Under the pieces are notes generated by a model. That model saw nothing but the letters and a program-made list of their open reading frames with translations, ran no database searches and was not told the origin of the DNA. Both the position numbers and the translations under genes were made by a program. DNA of 64,000 nt, from the IMG/VR virus record IMGVR_UViG_3300001919_000065; one strand, 5' to 3'. This document shows positions 46,271-56,501 of this stretch, piece after piece. This DNA comes from an uncultured virus (IMG/VR IMGVR_UViG_3300001919_000065) (Duplodnaviria > Heunggongvirae > Uroviricota > Caudoviricetes). Position 1 is the first letter of the stretch. Each line of letters opens with the position of its first letter.

Positions 46271-46482
46271 TTGTAAATTAAATTTGGTTTAATTTGCAAC
46301 GCCTAGTTCTCTTTGGAAGATTTTGTTTTGGGGTCTTACGCGGTCATGGCAGGGTCAGGACCAAGAATTTTCACACCTGCATAAAGGTTTGTTTTGGTTT
46401 GCTCGCGGGAAAGCAAGAATGGGGCACCGCATTTGATGCTCCATTCTTGTCATAAAATTACCAGTATGTCAAGGAAAATTTA

Positions 46483-47703
46483 TTATAATCCGAAGGCACT
46501 ACCGATAATGTCCCCGACTGCGGTCGGCCCGGCGGGTGGCTGGGTCTCCGGAGCTTTGGAGCTACCACTGTTAGCGGAGGGGCGGGCCTTGCGGAGTTTG
46601 GCCACCTTCACGTTGAGAGCCTCGATTGTCGCGCGAGCATCTGCCAGTTCCTTAACCATGAGTTCGGCCAGTGCGCCGTCCATGAAGGAACCATTATTTA
46701 TCTTGTGAGCAAGATGGCGGGCATGCTTCACATTCTCTTCGGTAATCTCCGTGGTCATGCCCAGTTCCTTGGCGCGTTCCTTCATCGCTTCCAACGTGTA
46801 GTTGTCGAGATTGACGGTGTAGGTCCCGGCCTCCGACTTGCCGCCGCGGCTGGCTTTCAACTCTTCCACATACTTGTCGGCTTCGGCCTGATAGTTTCCG
46901 TGGGCGACAATGGCCGCGTCGCGGACCTTAGCCATGCGGACAAATTTGAACATGGCAGAATCGCTGATGCCCAGTTCCTTCCCAATGGCCTCATACGCTT
47001 CTTCCCGGTCGTACTCGTCGAGGTCGGGATTAAGGGCAACTTCATTCAGCTTGTCCATGTCGAGGGAGGCTCCGCTCGCGCGGGCAATCTCCACAAGTTT
47101 GGCGTTAGCCTTATTGTACGGGGCAGTTACATTGGTCTTGTATTCTTCGGTTGCGGTGAAGGCATAGCCACGTACAATTTCTCGCAGAGATTCAAGCTCT
47201 TCATTGCTTGACGTGGACTTACCCGCTTCTTCCAGCTTGGCCTTCAAGTCCGCGATTTCTTTCTTCGCGCCCCTCAACTGGACGCGCATTTCAGCGAATG
47301 CCTTGCTCGCCGCCTTGCTAGCCCGTTGTTCCTTCGGCCCATCATCTTTCTTTTCTTCCTTCTTCCCTTCTTCGTTTTCTTCCTCTTCGTTTTCTTCCTC
47401 TTCGTTTTCCCCCTCTTCGTTCTGTTCTTCCTCGGTTTCCTCGGATTCCGTGTCATCCGAGGGAACCGGGGTTCCCGTGGTATTGACTACTTCATCATCC
47501 GCGATGCGGGGGCCAGCATCTGGCATGACTACCGTACCGTCCGGGGATTCAATGGGAGCCGTGGGGTTAGCGGGATTGGTGGGTTGAGTGGAATCCGTGG
47601 AATCCGGGGCGAACAGGGTCTGTTCGAAAATGTTATGTATGTCGTTGTGAATAGCACCATCTATGATGCCCTCCGCTACTGCGGGAATATTTACGTTGTC
47701 CAT
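46483..47703 (-). CDS. capsid scaffolding protein
   Basis: Acidic disordered N-terminus plus coiled coil; between portal and capsid. Confidence 0.7.
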   Translation of the reverse strand: MDNVNIPAVAEGIIDGAIHNDIHNIFEQTLFAPDSTDSTQPTNPANPTAPIESPDGTVVMPDAGPRIADDEVVNTTGTPVPSDDTESEETEEEQNEEGENEEEENEEEENEEGKKEEKKDDGPKEQRASKAASKAFAEMRVQLRGAKKEIADLKAKLEEAGKSTSSNEELESLREIVRGYAFTATEEYKTNVTAPYNKANAKLVEIARASGASLDMDKLNEVALNPDLDEYDREEAYEAIGKELGISDSAMFKFVRMAKVRDAAIVAHGNYQAEADKYVEELKASRGGKSEAGTYTVNLDNYTLEAMKERAKELGMTTEITEENVKHARHLAHKINNGSFMDGALAELMVKELADARATIEALNVKVAKLRKARPSANSGSSKAPETQPPAGPTAVGDIIGSAFGL

Positions 47704-47710
47704 CTATGTA

Positions 47711-48028
47711 TTACCTGTTGGGTGAAAGTGAGTTAATCCAAGCGTTACGCTCGGTCATGGGATGATTCATCATAGTTACCGGGGATTCGGTTTCTTCATT
47801 CTCTTCGGCCAGATTGAAAAGAGCGGCGATGACGGATTTGGCCCCTGCCGCGAAAGCCCCGTTTAATGCGGCGGCTTCCATTGTGGGCTGTAATGTCGCA
47901 TTGAGTTTTGACTGAACAATGCAGAGAGCTTCTTCCATTACCGGGTCATGCAGGAGTTCAGCAAGGCGGCCAGTCGCCGCCTTGTTGCTTTTGAACCCTT
48001 CGACAGTGTAGGTAGGAACTGCCTTCAT
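47711..48028 (-). CDS. small head-associated protein
   Basis: 105 aa; ATGA-coupled after portal. Confidence 0.6.
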   Translation of the reverse strand: MKAVPTYTVEGFKSNKAATGRLAELLHDPVMEEALCIVQSKLNATLQPTMEAAALNGAFAAGAKSVIAALFNLAEENEETESPVTMMNHPMTERNAWINSLSPNR

Positions 48029-50295
48029 CGTGCACCTCCCAGCGATTGAGCCGCTTTAGCATTGGCTTCTACGGCGTTACGAGTAATCTCGGCATCCTGC
48101 TTTTCCTTAGCCAACTGGATTTCAGCTTCCGTCTTCATGCGCTTCAATTCAATTTCGGCTTCGGCTTTCATCTGTTCAGGAGTAGGTCCTTCTTGGGGAG
48201 CCGCTTCTTCGTTCTGTTGCATCGCTTCCAAGGCCCGCATGCCGTTGGTAATAACCTCGTTGCACCTCTTGACCAGTTTCTCGTACTGTTCAAATTCGGG
48301 GACAACTTCCTTGGCGGCCTGCAAATAGTCCATGTGTCCTGCCAACTGGGCGACCAGAAGCTGTAGAGGTTGAGCTAGCTGGGCCATCTCTTCGGGTTCC
48401 AGCTGTGCGTCCGGTAGCATGGACATGATGAAGTTGGCATGCACTTCCGCGTGCGTCCTGTGGTCCTCGTTCGGCATAACCGGAACTTCCTGACCTGCCA
48501 TGAGCTGGTTGTTCTGGATGGATGCGATAGAGGCGGCCACGGTTTCGGACGGGTTGGGGTCATCCTTCAACGGCATGAACAACTGCGCGGTGCGTCCATT
48601 CGTTTCATTGGCAATGGCCATGCGGATGAGACGTTCCTGCCCAGCTCGTGGCATGAACTGCATGTAGTTGAGACACTGACGGAGAGCCATTGTACGGCGA
48701 ACCTTACTGCCCGCACCGATAGGCGGGAGAGCGGTAACGCTGTCAAGGTCGATAGCGAAGAAGGCATCCCTTGGCACACCTGCTTCGTCCAGACGTTGGA
48801 GCATGCGTTCACGTTCCTTAAACCCGCCAATCCCTTCATCGTAGTCCTTGCGGATGATACGGCGAACGATTTCACGGAGAAGGATGGTCATGTGCTCCAA
48901 GAGCATATCCATGATGTTATTGCTGACCTTGCTCGCATTGCCCATACGGATTTCAGCTTCCAGCTGGGTGCGGCCCATGCCTCCATCAGCATTCACGTCA
49001 ATCTCGCCCAAGCGTTCCCGGATTTGGTTCTGCAAGAATGCGAGGGGAGTTCCAGCAACTTGTTGCAGATTCGGTACGGGATTAGGAACCACTTGCGTTG
49101 ACGGGTCCAAAATGGTATAGGCCCCCATCGGGTTCACCATTGCGGAGAGACGGGAGGTTTCATTGGTGGCAGAGACGTTCAGAGCCATGCCGAGGAACGC
49201 CGCGTCCGTCGCTTGGTTCATCAACTTGTCAATGACACGAGTGTGAGGCAGAAGGTCATTGCCATATCCGCGAAGGGCATGAATATCTCCATTGGTGCTA
49301 CTACCCAGCGGGAAGAGGACGAACGCTTCTTCCATAGAGTTGTAGGCTCCTTCCTTGGTGTAGAGGAACTTGGTGTCGTCTACATCACGGTTCTGGTCGC
49401 GCTTCACATCCTGACCATTGCCGCCGCTTCCGTTGACGAAGAAAATGGAATGAGTAACCGTACCGTTGAATTCGCGTACCCACATGTGGGCAATCGGAAT
49501 ACTGGTTCCAATTACGTCGGTCAGGGTGTAGTCTCCGTTTTTGAGCATCTTCTCGGTCTCCCAAGAAATGCGCTGGGGCTGTACTGTCTGATTGTAACTA
49601 CAGGTCTTCAACACCTTCATGACCTCTTCCACATCCCAGCCAGCTTCCCTTGCGGTCTGCGGGTCACGAATGAAATCGTAGAGTTCATGGGCACGAAGGG
49701 TACGAGTAGCAAACACAACCTCAAGGGTGCTACTGTCCGGCTTAACCTTGCGTTCGAACGCGAACTCGTTCAGACTACCTGCCTTGAAGTACCAAGTGTC
49801 AGGGTCCTCAAAGTAGGCAAGGCCGAAGCCGTGGAAGGAGAAGTTGTGAAGAAGGTCTGTCATGATGGAAGTGAATCCCGGCATGGACTTGACCATCTTC
49901 GTCACCTCGGTGGAAAGGAGGTCTGAATAAATGGGGCGACGAGCATTATCTCCGAAGGTGGTTTGCACCGAAACAAGTTCGGGGTTATCCCACACTTCGC
50001 GGAGGCTAGCCGCCACCTTTTCACGAACAATCCGCATCGTGCGGAAGTTGTAGTTGGTTCGATAATTCTGACCAACTGCGGAAAGGGCCATTGGGTCATA
50101 CGGGCGTTGTCCGTCCAGCTCTGCCTGTGCCTCTGTCCTCGCTTGCATGGATAGCTGGTCAGCGGTGAGGCAGAAGTAGAGCAAGGCGCGGGCTTGGTCA
50201 GCGGTCGGAACCCTTCGCTTGAGAAGAGTTCCGTTCTCGTCAACCACGCCAATAACCCCCGGACCTACGGGAGCATTTGCGTCTGGTTTCGGCAT
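48025..50295 (-). CDS. portal protein
   Basis: 756 aa; synteny; C-terminal Q/E/A-rich helical barrel typical of P22-like portals. Confidence 0.75.
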   Translation of the reverse strand: MPKPDANAPVGPGVIGVVDENGTLLKRRVPTADQARALLYFCLTADQLSMQARTEAQAELDGQRPYDPMALSAVGQNYRTNYNFRTMRIVREKVAASLREVWDNPELVSVQTTFGDNARRPIYSDLLSTEVTKMVKSMPGFTSIMTDLLHNFSFHGFGLAYFEDPDTWYFKAGSLNEFAFERKVKPDSSTLEVVFATRTLRAHELYDFIRDPQTAREAGWDVEEVMKVLKTCSYNQTVQPQRISWETEKMLKNGDYTLTDVIGTSIPIAHMWVREFNGTVTHSIFFVNGSGGNGQDVKRDQNRDVDDTKFLYTKEGAYNSMEEAFVLFPLGSSTNGDIHALRGYGNDLLPHTRVIDKLMNQATDAAFLGMALNVSATNETSRLSAMVNPMGAYTILDPSTQVVPNPVPNLQQVAGTPLAFLQNQIRERLGEIDVNADGGMGRTQLEAEIRMGNASKVSNNIMDMLLEHMTILLREIVRRIIRKDYDEGIGGFKERERMLQRLDEAGVPRDAFFAIDLDSVTALPPIGAGSKVRRTMALRQCLNYMQFMPRAGQERLIRMAIANETNGRTAQLFMPLKDDPNPSETVAASIASIQNNQLMAGQEVPVMPNEDHRTHAEVHANFIMSMLPDAQLEPEEMAQLAQPLQLLVAQLAGHMDYLQAAKEVVPEFEQYEKLVKRCNEVITNGMRALEAMQQNEEAAPQEGPTPEQMKAEAEIELKRMKTEAEIQLAKEKQDAEITRNAVEANAKAAQSLGGAR

Positions 50296-50300
50296 ATCTA

Positions 50301-51191
50301 CTATTTGTCAATTTCGTCTTTACCCTCAACCGCATCAGCCTTCATGGCTTTCTTGGTCTTGGGCTTCACAGGTGCAGGTGTAACAACTTTCGCGCTGGGT
50401 GTCAAGTCTTCTGCTTCACTTAAATCCTCGCGGGCTTTAGTTGCTCCACCTACTTGCTCGGACTGTCCCATCATATTGATAGATTCCGCTTTGATGCTGG
50501 CGATAGATACCTCGGCAGGGGTCGTCACCGTGACTTCGCCAAGAACTTGGGGAAGCTTAAAGTTGTCCGCGTCGGGGATTTCACCAACGGTGATGAGGTC
50601 GTCCCAGTTCTCCACGTTGAAGCACTTCTCGGTCAGCACCTTGTCAAGGAAGAGACGGAAATGCTGGGAGATGGTGACGTAGGGAACTCGCTGGGGATAG
50701 AGCTTCGCCAGCTGGCTGGACATGACGAAGGTTCCGTCCACGGTGCGAGATTCGTAGGAACCTTCGGTAGCGGGAACGGTGAAGTATTTACCCGCAATAA
50801 CCGGAGCCTTCTTGCGATAGAACGTTGCATCCAGCGTATCAATCGCGCCGGGCTTAAACTTTTCATTGCCGCGTTCGGAAACCCAAATGATAGCTCGTTC
50901 GTCCGGCGCGTTCTCGTAAGCCAGAGCCTGTTGCAGTCGGGCGAAGAGATGAGTAACGAGAGCGTAGCTACCCGTGACAGGGGTCAGCAACTCAATCGTG
51001 CGAAGGTCCCGGAACTGATTCTTCAAGATTTTAATCATGGGTTCAGCGGCGGCCTTGGCCCGGTAAGGGAGCAGGAGCCAAACATCGTGGTCGCCACGGC
51101 TGGAAGCCGCAACGCTGTCAATGAGGTTCTGTGCAATGTTCGCGCCGTTGATAAGGACGCGAGGTTCACAAGGGATTGCTATTGTAGCCAT
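50301..51191 (-). CDS. hypothetical protein, possible degenerate GT-A fold
   Basis: TIAIP N-terminal strand; AIIWVSE..KPGAID.L..F..K.PVI.G..DGTFV. Confidence 0.45.
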   Translation of the reverse strand: MATIAIPCEPRVLINGANIAQNLIDSVAASSRGDHDVWLLLPYRAKAAAEPMIKILKNQFRDLRTIELLTPVTGSYALVTHLFARLQQALAYENAPDERAIIWVSERGNEKFKPGAIDTLDATFYRKKAPVIAGKYFTVPATEGSYESRTVDGTFVMSSQLAKLYPQRVPYVTISQHFRLFLDKVLTEKCFNVENWDDLITVGEIPDADNFKLPQVLGEVTVTTPAEVSIASIKAESINMMGQSEQVGGATKAREDLSEAEDLTPSAKVVTPAPVKPKTKKAMKADAVEGKDEIDK

Positions 51192-51197
51192 TGTCGT

Positions 51198-51689
51198 TTA
51201 TTTTGTTTTGGTTGCTTTGAGGGCGCGGCGTTCAGCCTGTATGCCCAAGGATGTGTCCGCTTGAGGCGGCAGGATATTGAATGCCCATTCAGTTACCAAC
51301 TGCTGGAAGAGATACCAGCGGAAGTAGAGCTGGGATTCGACGAGAGGCTCATACATTAGATAGGAGAAGAAGGGGTACTTTCGAGGACTGCCCGGAGTTA
51401 GCGTGAGGGGTCTAGTGAGTGGGGTTTCCGTACTATTCGAGAATATCTTTGTCCGAAAGTATTTAGGACGCACTCCATGCACCGGGTCAACATCCTTAAA
51501 GGCCATCACGTGTGTAGGGTTCGCCCGGTCGGGGTAGGGGTGCATGACCTCGCCACGTGTAGGCGCAAGCCTCGCGGACTTCCCGTTCACCCACGCAAGG
51601 TAGTAGGCACGGTATCTCCATGCTTTTCCCCACACCTCCTTATCCCGTGCTACCTCATGGAAGACGGCGGCATTCTCACTTATCGCCAT
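51198..51689 (-). CDS. hypothetical protein
   Basis: 163-aa ORF. Confidence 0.65.
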   Translation of the reverse strand: MAISENAAVFHEVARDKEVWGKAWRYRAYYLAWVNGKSARLAPTRGEVMHPYPDRANPTHVMAFKDVDPVHGVRPKYFRTKIFSNSTETPLTRPLTLTPGSPRKYPFFSYLMYEPLVESQLYFRWYLFQQLVTEWAFNILPPQADTSLGIQAERRALKATKTK

Positions 51690-52440
51690 TGTCGGACGTA
51701 GGTTTCAGGTTTTTATCCTCTTGTGCGTCTGCAAGGTAGTTGACGAAGTTAATGAAGGTAGCCGCGTCAAATTCGGGCAGTTCGTTCTTGTAACTGGCAT
51801 ACGCGCTTGTATTCGCCATTGGGATTGCGGGCCAAGGTTTATATTCCTTGGTCAGCTTCTCGGCGATGTCGCGCAGGAACTGACTATATTCCTCCGACGG
51901 TGCGATGAGGGAAAGGAAAGCGTCTGCCCCGTCAGGGCTACCGGAGGTCTCTACCTCCCTATCAAACGTCAGCGGGTCGTCCGCGTACTCGACATGGGAG
52001 AGCTTGGCATTGTACTTGTTCGTTCTCTTGACGGCCTTCTTGTACTTCTTCGCGTGTTCGCGAAGCTTGTCAAGGTCATCGAGCCACAGAGGAACCTGTT
52101 GCCACCATGAACGCATAGCTTCTACCCGCAAGCGGATAAGATAGGATGAGCGCATGATTTGGGTCAGGCATCCACAATGGTGTTGCTTGCGCGTTAATTG
52201 CAGACGGTTCATCGTGACCACATTCCCACATGCACATTGCGCGACATACGGATATCGGACATCATGGGAGTACCCAATGACCGTCAGAATTCCCTGACTA
52301 TGACCAACAGGCAACGGTTCATCATCTGTTCCCATATAATCGGGGAACGTTTCTGGGGTCTTCACTTCCTCCGGCAAACCCATAAGGGCTACCGGGGTCC
52401 AACGACGGAAGACTTCTTGAATTGATTCGGGTTTGGACAT
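51676..52440 (-). CDS. Zn-ribbon protein
   Basis: G.LTVI..AQCACGN..HCGC; leaderless promoter TTGACA-N16-TATATT at 52447-52474. Confidence 0.6.
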   Translation of the reverse strand: MSKPESIQEVFRRWTPVALMGLPEEVKTPETFPDYMGTDDEPLPVGHSQGILTVIGYSHDVRYPYVAQCACGNVVTMNRLQLTRKQHHCGCLTQIMRSSYLIRLRVEAMRSWWQQVPLWLDDLDKLREHAKKYKKAVKRTNKYNAKLSHVEYADDPLTFDREVETSGSPDGADAFLSLIAPSEEYSQFLRDIAEKLTKEYKPWPAIPMANTSAYASYKNELPEFDAATFINFVNYLADAQEDKNLKPTSDNGDK

Positions 52441-52476
52441 GACCTCAATATAGGAGAAAATACGAACTTGTCAATA

Positions 52477-53136
52477 TTATTTTTCGTCAGCTTCGGGCTT
52501 TTCGCCCTTCTTCTTGAGCTTCAAGGTGATGGTACGGGCCGCGCTTCCTTCTTCCAGTTCAGGACGAGTGCCATCCTTGTTCAGAGTTACTGGTCCTCCC
52601 TGCAATCCCATCTGCGTCACTATCTCGGTTTGTTCCAGTTCGAACTGCTGGATAACCTGTGACAGTAGGTCCATGTCGCGCTTCGCAATCGCTTCGTTAA
52701 ACTTCTCCCACAGACCGTGGCTTCGCTCCATGATAGAGAGGAAGAGAGGTACATCCTTAATTGATTGTATCTCTGCGTCGGCCATGAAGGAAGCGACACG
52801 GGAGAATCCACTGTTCATCAGTTCTTTGTACTGGCTACTCATGGATTCAACGATGTCAAGCTCTATCTTCGTCCTCGCCTCTTGGCGTTGGAGGATGCGT
52901 GCCTGTGTGTTCTGTGTGTACGTATTGAGAAGTTCATTGCGGATAGCCAGTTCCTCCTTCGAGAGTTGGACGCTATCAACAATCTTATCAACACGTTCAC
53001 GGGGGAGGCCAGTAACTTCCGAGATGACAGGAACCGGGGTCCCTGCCTTGTACATCTCAATGGCCTTCCTTATAACGGTGTTTTCGTTAGTGATTGGTTT
53101 GGGGGCGGCTATCTTTGCGGCGGCTCTTAGGTCCAT
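52477..53136 (-). CDS. putative terminase small subunit
   Basis: N-terminal HTH (AIEMYKAG..ISEVTGLP); adjacent to TerL. Confidence 0.6.
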   Translation of the reverse strand: MDLRAAAKIAAPKPITNENTVIRKAIEMYKAGTPVPVISEVTGLPRERVDKIVDSVQLSKEELAIRNELLNTYTQNTQARILQRQEARTKIELDIVESMSSQYKELMNSGFSRVASFMADAEIQSIKDVPLFLSIMERSHGLWEKFNEAIAKRDMDLLSQVIQQFELEQTEIVTQMGLQGGPVTLNKDGTRPELEEGSAARTITLKLKKKGEKPEADEK

Positions 53137-54965
53137 AGCATGTTCATTGCGGCGGTTACGTCGGAGGCAAAGGTGTCGCGGGCAGGAGCGGGAGCGGGGG
53201 CATTGCCTCCGACGAAGCCTCCGAGATACCTGCCAATGTCTGCGGCTTCAATATATGCGGTTCCGTCTTCGCGATATTTGATTACCTCTTGATGTTCTAC
53301 CACCTTATGGTTCTGAATGTCAAGCCTAATCTTACCGAACTCCGGCCCCATGATTCCCCGGCACACGTGGACGAGAAGTGCTAGTGCGTCCGCGTTGTCC
53401 GGGGATTTATGAATCCGCTTCTTCATGGCCGCCTTGGGTTCCACGGCAATTCGGGTTCCGTTCATGGTGTAGAGCCGGGATTTAAGCTCGACGATAGTTG
53501 TCGGGTCGAGGCCATAAAGTTGGCGAGCATTGATTGCCAGTTTCATACATCCCCAAAGCTCGGAGACCTTGTTGCTATATTGCTGACATGCCTCCTGATT
53601 CTGCAACAGGCCAATGGGCACTTTGCTCGCCATACCCGCGAAGCTGACCGTCTGGAAGTCCGTGCCGACATGCTGGGCGAGGATGTCGATGAAACCAGTA
53701 CCTCCGGTTACGTCCACGGCAAGGTACTTACTTTCAACCCCGTTGGCCCGGAGAATCTCTCCAACTTGCTGGGCGATGTCGAAGTTCCTTTGCTTCATCC
53801 GTTCCTTGTCGGACGTGGATTTAAGGAGATAGGTACGGAAGACTGCACAAGCCCAGAGGCCCTCGACAGTCCTCCCAACTTTGGCGAGCTTCAAACATGA
53901 CTGGTCCCCGCCGTTGGTGTAGGCAGGGTCCAATCCTGCGATGGTAATCAACTCGCCGTCTCCCCAGACGGGCATGGCATCCGCGCCACTGCCGTAAATT
54001 TCAGCCTCCGACATTAGCGAACCTTCTTCCGTATCGTCTGAAAAAGTGGCCCGGTGGAACCGCATCACAAACGGACTATTCTCCCCATACTGTTCAATCG
54101 TTTGCTGAACGATGTCCAACGGGGTGTAGAAGCTCCAATCCTCGCGGCCATATTTGATGCGGGGGTTCTGGGTGTTATCGAAGCGGATGTAAATCCCGTC
54201 CTTGGTCTCCCACTCGTATTCCTCAAAGATGTCAACGCTGTTCCACCCGTCCTTGGGCATAGCCATAACACCAAAGGCATCGGTGCGGCTCTTGGGGTTA
54301 GAGGCGGCCATCAGGGTAGGCGGCGTGTCCGCTCTGTTGGTGATGAGGTTGGTACGCCACACCTCGACGAGTTCAATCGGCAATTCGGAAAGCTCATCGT
54401 AAAAGACGTGCATGTTCTTTGCCTTAATACCGATAAATCGGCTACTGGGGTCGCCGACGTTCGCGCAGGGGATAATGGAGATGCCGCGGGAATCATCAAT
54501 ATCTCCGTCCTCGTTCACGCCTTTAATCTGTCCCTTACCATCAACGAGCTTACCCGGAAATTCCTTGCGCCACAACCGTTTAATATCCTTGAAGATACGT
54601 TTCTTCGCACCTTCAATAGTAGTCGATGTGACTAGGCAAAGGGTATCGACGGGGTCGGCCAGATAGAAGAGCGTCGCCATGATAGCCATAGATAATGACT
54701 TCCCAGAGGACGAGCCTCCACCCATGATGACCACATCATATTTGCACGCGGTTTCAATCATCCGTTCAATCCACGGTGTCCAGATAATGGGAGTAGGACT
54801 GCCCTTGTAATTCCACAGGAGATTGATGGCGTTCTTAGCGTGTCCATACCTGCCCAGCCCTCCCTTCTCTTCGGGCCATGCGTATTTGAAGCACCAGAGT
54901 TCGATGTCAAGCTCTGATACTCCGTACTCCCATTGTCGTCCGTAGCGGGTAAAGTGTCGTGCCAT
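53127..54965 (-). CDS. terL: terminase large subunit
   Basis: Walker A GGSSSGKS, Walker B VFYDE, ASNP, nuclease AGLDPA and SPDNADAL. Confidence 0.93.
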   Translation of the reverse strand: MARHFTRYGRQWEYGVSELDIELWCFKYAWPEEKGGLGRYGHAKNAINLLWNYKGSPTPIIWTPWIERMIETACKYDVVIMGGGSSSGKSLSMAIMATLFYLADPVDTLCLVTSTTIEGAKKRIFKDIKRLWRKEFPGKLVDGKGQIKGVNEDGDIDDSRGISIIPCANVGDPSSRFIGIKAKNMHVFYDELSELPIELVEVWRTNLITNRADTPPTLMAASNPKSRTDAFGVMAMPKDGWNSVDIFEEYEWETKDGIYIRFDNTQNPRIKYGREDWSFYTPLDIVQQTIEQYGENSPFVMRFHRATFSDDTEEGSLMSEAEIYGSGADAMPVWGDGELITIAGLDPAYTNGGDQSCLKLAKVGRTVEGLWACAVFRTYLLKSTSDKERMKQRNFDIAQQVGEILRANGVESKYLAVDVTGGTGFIDILAQHVGTDFQTVSFAGMASKVPIGLLQNQEACQQYSNKVSELWGCMKLAINARQLYGLDPTTIVELKSRLYTMNGTRIAVEPKAAMKKRIHKSPDNADALALLVHVCRGIMGPEFGKIRLDIQNHKVVEHQEVIKYREDGTAYIEAADIGRYLGGFVGGNAPAPAPARDTFASDVTAAMNMLWT

Positions 54966-54966
54966 T

Positions 54967-55482
54967 TTAGATTCTTTCTATATCCCAGTTGTCGAGGGTC
55001 AGTGTGTGGTCGTCGTTCAGTTCCCGGTACGCATACAGTAGAATGAGAAGAGCGTCCGCGTTCTGCAATGTCACCTTCGCGCCGGGGAAGTTCTCCATCG
55101 CGATGCGTTTCAGGTTGTTCTTCCACTTCGTGCGGTCCCGGGCGGTCAGGCCCGTATCATACGCGCCCATAGCCCGCATCCATACGATTGGGGAAACCTT
55201 TGTGACGGTGTACCCCGCCGCCGCGGCGTAACCGAGGACCTTCCCGGTTGCCTCTCCCAATACGCCACTACTTCTCGGATTGGACACCTTGCCGCCTCCG
55301 CTCATGGCATAGCTCATCTTCTCAATGTACATGATACGATGACGGCTACGTGGCAGTTTGTTCAATATGATTTCCAGTTCCCTTTCGTCTTCTGGCATGT
55401 GCTTTATCCAGATTTTCTTGCTCCGGGTGTCCGCGAGTACAAGGGCTCCGTGGGTTCCGGGGTCAACTCCTACTAGTTGCAT
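54967..55482 (-). CDS. RuvC-like Holliday junction resolvase
   Basis: VGVDPG..GA, YIEK, SP..W, ADALLI; leaderless promoter TTGACC-N17-TATATT at 55488-55516. Confidence 0.85.
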   Translation of the reverse strand: MQLVGVDPGTHGALVLADTRSKKIWIKHMPEDERELEIILNKLPRSRHRIMYIEKMSYAMSGGGKVSNPRSSGVLGEATGKVLGYAAAAGYTVTKVSPIVWMRAMGAYDTGLTARDRTKWKNNLKRIAMENFPGAKVTLQNADALLILLYAYRELNDDHTLTLDNWDIERI

Positions 55483-55520
55483 AGGAGAATATATCCCACA
55501 AAGTCCAGAAGGTCAAGCAC

Positions 55521-55555
55521 AAAAATAAGACGGCCACCCCGGTATGGGATGGCCG
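55521..55555 (-). terminator. intrinsic terminator
   Basis: CGGCCATCCC-ATACC-GGGGTGGCCG-TCTTATTTTT. Confidence 0.75.
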
Positions 55556-55624
55556 AATGGAACGTGCTCCTTTTTTACCCGCAATGCGGTGCTACGGGAT
55601 AAACCCGTCAGAGCCGGGAGGGGG

Positions 55625-56392
55625 TTACTTAGTTACCGCGGAAAGGAGGCCCATCTCTTGGATGGCTTCAACCTGACCTTCCACCGGGTGCGGTTTGAAC
55701 TTGAGGAACGCTTTGGCGTAGCTGTTCTTACCGTCACGGGAGACGGCGCGTTGTGCACCAATCTGGACACGGAAGGGCAGGGAGCCGAGCTTGTTCCCCT
55801 TCAACATCATGAACTGAATGAAGGGAGCACCAACGCCCGTATACTGATTACCTTCCGGGGTGTATCGTGCCAGCGTCCACTGGTCGCCCATGAAGTCAAT
55901 GGTGAAGAGAGCGTCAAGGTCATCCTCGGTGGTGCTTGCGTCCTTAATACCCTGCGGCTTCTTAACCAGTAGCCACATGGCAAGGGCACGGTTGACCTGT
56001 TCCTTGGTGTACCCTTCGGCCTCGTACTCTTCCTTCGTATTCCACGTCTTAGCATATACGCCGGGCTGACGTTCGTTGTACGGGATGTATTCGCGGAAGA
56101 ACTTACGAGCCTTCAATACGATACATTCAAGAGGATTATTGCGCTCGGCAACGACCAGACCGTTGAGAAGGAACGCACCCAAACTGCCAATCGGTTCTTC
56201 CAGTTTAGCCTCATCGCAAGAGGCTTGCCACAGTTTGAGGTAGGGAATCTGGATATCCGAAGCGTCGGTCTCGCCCTCGAAGGAGTGGTATTCCGTAGCG
56301 GTTGCGAGTTGATTGGGTTCCGGGGTTCCCAGTTCCAATGCGTCTCCCGGGTCTATTCCCAAGGTTTCGTGTTCTGTTTTCTTAGTAGCCAT
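55625..56392 (-). CDS. putative ssDNA-binding/annealing protein
   Basis: DI.IP.LKL.Q..S pattern; replication module; promoter TTGACA-N16-TATAGT at 56469-56496. Confidence 0.55.
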   Translation of the reverse strand: MATKKTEHETLGIDPGDALELGTPEPNQLATATEYHSFEGETDASDIQIPYLKLWQASCDEAKLEEPIGSLGAFLLNGLVVAERNNPLECIVLKARKFFREYIPYNERQPGVYAKTWNTKEEYEAEGYTKEQVNRALAMWLLVKKPQGIKDASTTEDDLDALFTIDFMGDQWTLARYTPEGNQYTGVGAPFIQFMMLKGNKLGSLPFRVQIGAQRAVSRDGKNSYAKAFLKFKPHPVEGQVEAIQEMGLLSAVTK

Positions 56393-56501
56393 AGTATTCG
56401 TTTATTCTTGGTTTTGGGTTGAGGGCTTCTTTGGCGAGTGAACTACCCTCGGTAACTTCTCTGACGTGACTATATCACAAGTTCGTGAAATGTCAAGATG
56501 T

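Noticed and set aside
45107..46276. Long opposite-strand ORFs (also 8362-9429, 17141-18226, 26433-27377, 50454-51359)
   Set aside because: Antisense shadows of well-supported genes, with no motifs or expression signals.
46443..46472. Promoter upstream of the major capsid gene
   Set aside because: TTGACA is present but there is no convincing -10 at 16-17 bp, so it is not listed as a feature. It may need an activator.
51676..52440. HNH homing endonuclease
   Set aside because: It has the N-terminal CxCG..CGC Zn ribbon but no recognisable HNH catalytic motif.
55556..55624. Hammerhead ribozyme or preQ1 riboswitch
   Set aside because: It lacks the CUGAnGA/GAAA core and the preQ1 consensus.
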